From: Candidatus Firestoneibacteriota bacterium
Lineage (GTDB): Bacteria; Oederibacteriota; D2-FULL-39-29; JBDRBU01
Assembly: GCA_043822305.1 (NCBI GenBank)
Contig: JBDRBU010000104.1
Coordinates: 1 to 17,803 of the forward strand
Direction: 5' to 3'
Length of the DNA stretch: 17,803 nt
Both the position numbers and the translations under genes were made by a program. Under the pieces are notes generated by a model, which was not told the origin of the DNA, made no database searches, and saw only the letters and a list, made by a program, of their open reading frames with translations. How positions within the stretch are numbered: position 1 is the stretch's first letter; the number at the start of each line of letters is the position of its first letter. This document shows, in pieces, positions 16,670 through 17,803 of the stretch.

Positions 16670-16798
16670 CAGCACAAAACGGGATAGACTGTAAAGCGGA
16701 AGTACGAATTTTCGTTAGTTAAAAACCCTAATAAATCAAGTACTCTTTTGAATCCACAGCAAAGTTCGTGATAGACTATAAAGCGGAAGAACAAAATT
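16670..16798 (+). repeat. Pair of family C direct repeats after RHS module 2
   Basis: 16670-16714 CAGCACAAAACGGGATA-GACTG-TAAAGCGGAAGTACGAATTTTCG; 16757-16798 CAGCAAAGTTCGTGATA-GACTA-TAAAGCGGAAGAACAAAATT. Confidence 0.92.
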
Positions 16799-16845
16799 AC
16801 ACTAGCTTAAAAGAACAACAGTTTCTTTTATTATAAAATATTTTG

Positions 16846-17640
16846 TTATATTTCCGGTTCGCTTTTATTCCACCATTCATTAAATGGAGGTTTATTTACA
16901 GTTTTCTTTACTTCACTGAATTGACCTCTTGCTATAGTATCAGTTGATGGCATATTATAAATTTGATTTTTCGAAATAATCCATCTGTCATGAATATCGG
17001 ACTTTAGCTTTCTATCGGCAATAACTCTTAATTCAATCTTTATTCCTTCTATTTTAAGTTCTTCTTTTAAATCCTTATACATCTTTTTAAATCTTTCGTC
17101 TATTTTTTCCGGCAGCATCAATATTCTGATAAGCTTGACATTCTTTGTATTTAGTGACTCCGAAAGAAGATCTAACCCAACTTTTGAAAAATATTTATCT
17201 ACCCAATATATATTCCTTTGGCAAGAACCAATAATATCTCTTATTGTTTTCTTATTTGAATAAGGTTTTCCGGGAGATAATAAAATAGGTTGCTCCTGAT
17301 GCATGACTTGAAAGATTGTTTTAATGTTCTTATCGTGTTTTTCTACTTTTTCCTCAATACTGTTTAATCTGCCAATAACCTCTTTATTTGAATAAACAAA
17401 TCTCCTTATATTAACAAATACTCGCATTATCCCAATATTTACCTGTATAGCTCTTTTACTGTTAAGAACACTTGAAAGCATTGCTACACCCTGTTCTGTA
17501 AAAGCATAAGGTAACGCCCTTCTTAATGTTGTAAGATTTAAAGTCGCAATTTGCGACTTTAAATTATTAACCTCTTTTTTATTTAATTGAAACATGAAAT
17601 CGCTCGGGAAACGGTTTATATTACGCGCAACTGCTTCATT
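16846..17640 (-). pseudogene. 5'-truncated ORF6N-domain DNA-binding protein fused to a PLD-like (HDRW) C-terminal domain
   Basis: The frame extends upstream of Met 17595 as NEAVARNINRFPSDFMFQL..LPYAFTEQGVAMLSSVLNS (ORF6N). An in-frame TGA at 17646-17644 blocks it and the N-terminal part of the domain is missing. C-terminus IYWVDKYF..IHDRWIIS. Confidence 0.75.
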
Positions 17641-17664
17641 CCCTCAAAGCCGAAAGAAATTCCA

Positions 17665-17803
17665 GGTTCTTTCGTATTTATTGTGGGTACCTCCTTGGAT
17701 TTAACAGCCCGCAATGTTGATGGATTTTTAGTTTAAAATATTCGACATCCCTATACCCATAAGCCATTCGTTTAAGCCGTTTAATTTTATTGTTAATTCC
17801 TTC
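17665..17803 (-). mobile_element. Right end of an ISL3-family insertion sequence (continues beyond the window)
   Basis: Transposase C-terminus ends at 17678. Terminal sequence GGTTCTTTCGTATTTATTGTGGG from 17665 fits the GG(C/T)TCT-type ISL3 inverted repeat end. Confidence 0.85.
17678..17803 (-). CDS. ISL3-family transposase, C-terminal fragment (partial)
   Basis: Manual translation of the - strand gives EGINNKIKRLKRMAYGYRDVEYFKLKIHQHCGLLNPRRYPQ*, matching the ISL3 motif EGxNNKIKxxKRxAYGfR. Not in the ORF track. Confidence 0.9.
   Translation of the reverse strand, partial: EGINNKIKRLKRMAYGYRDVEYFKLKIHQHCGLLNPRRYPQ

Noticed and set aside
15130..16798. Family C repeats as a CRISPR array
   Set aside because: Spacing is irregular (50, 192, about 1300 and 87 bp), whole genes lie between copies, the repeats vary internally and no cas genes are present.
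16808..16830. Hairpin TAAAAGAA..TTCTTTTA between convergent genes as a terminator
   Set aside because: The stem is almost entirely A-T and too weak to call.

Overview
AT-rich bacterial chromosomal window, almost all on the + strand. The core block is valS, nadC, a phasin-like gene, ubiB/ABC1 kinase, ruvX, mltG, an ABC ATPase and an ABC permease. It is preceded by an Ogg2-like HhH glycosylase, a small half-SWIB-like protein and a lipoprotein. It is interrupted by an HsdR_N/PD-(D/E)xK nuclease + DUF5655-like gene flanked by a 23-bp direct repeat. From about 12.6 kb the window is accessory. It holds an SGNH hydrolase, two orphan RHS-core toxin/putative immunity modules, a 5'-truncated ORF6N-PLD-like gene on the - strand, and the right end of an ISL3-family IS that the ORF track misses. 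The most striking unexplained signal is a ~45-bp direct repeat in five copies, clustered after each RHS module. It has conserved arms around a variable 5-nt core that matches (4/5) within each pair but differs between modules, which suggests recombination sites of a toxin-cassette array. Two REP-like short repeat families are scattered through the window. One marks accessory-gene boundaries and the other has rewritten the C-terminus of the ABC ATPase. All family assignments come from motif recognition by eye; no searches were run.
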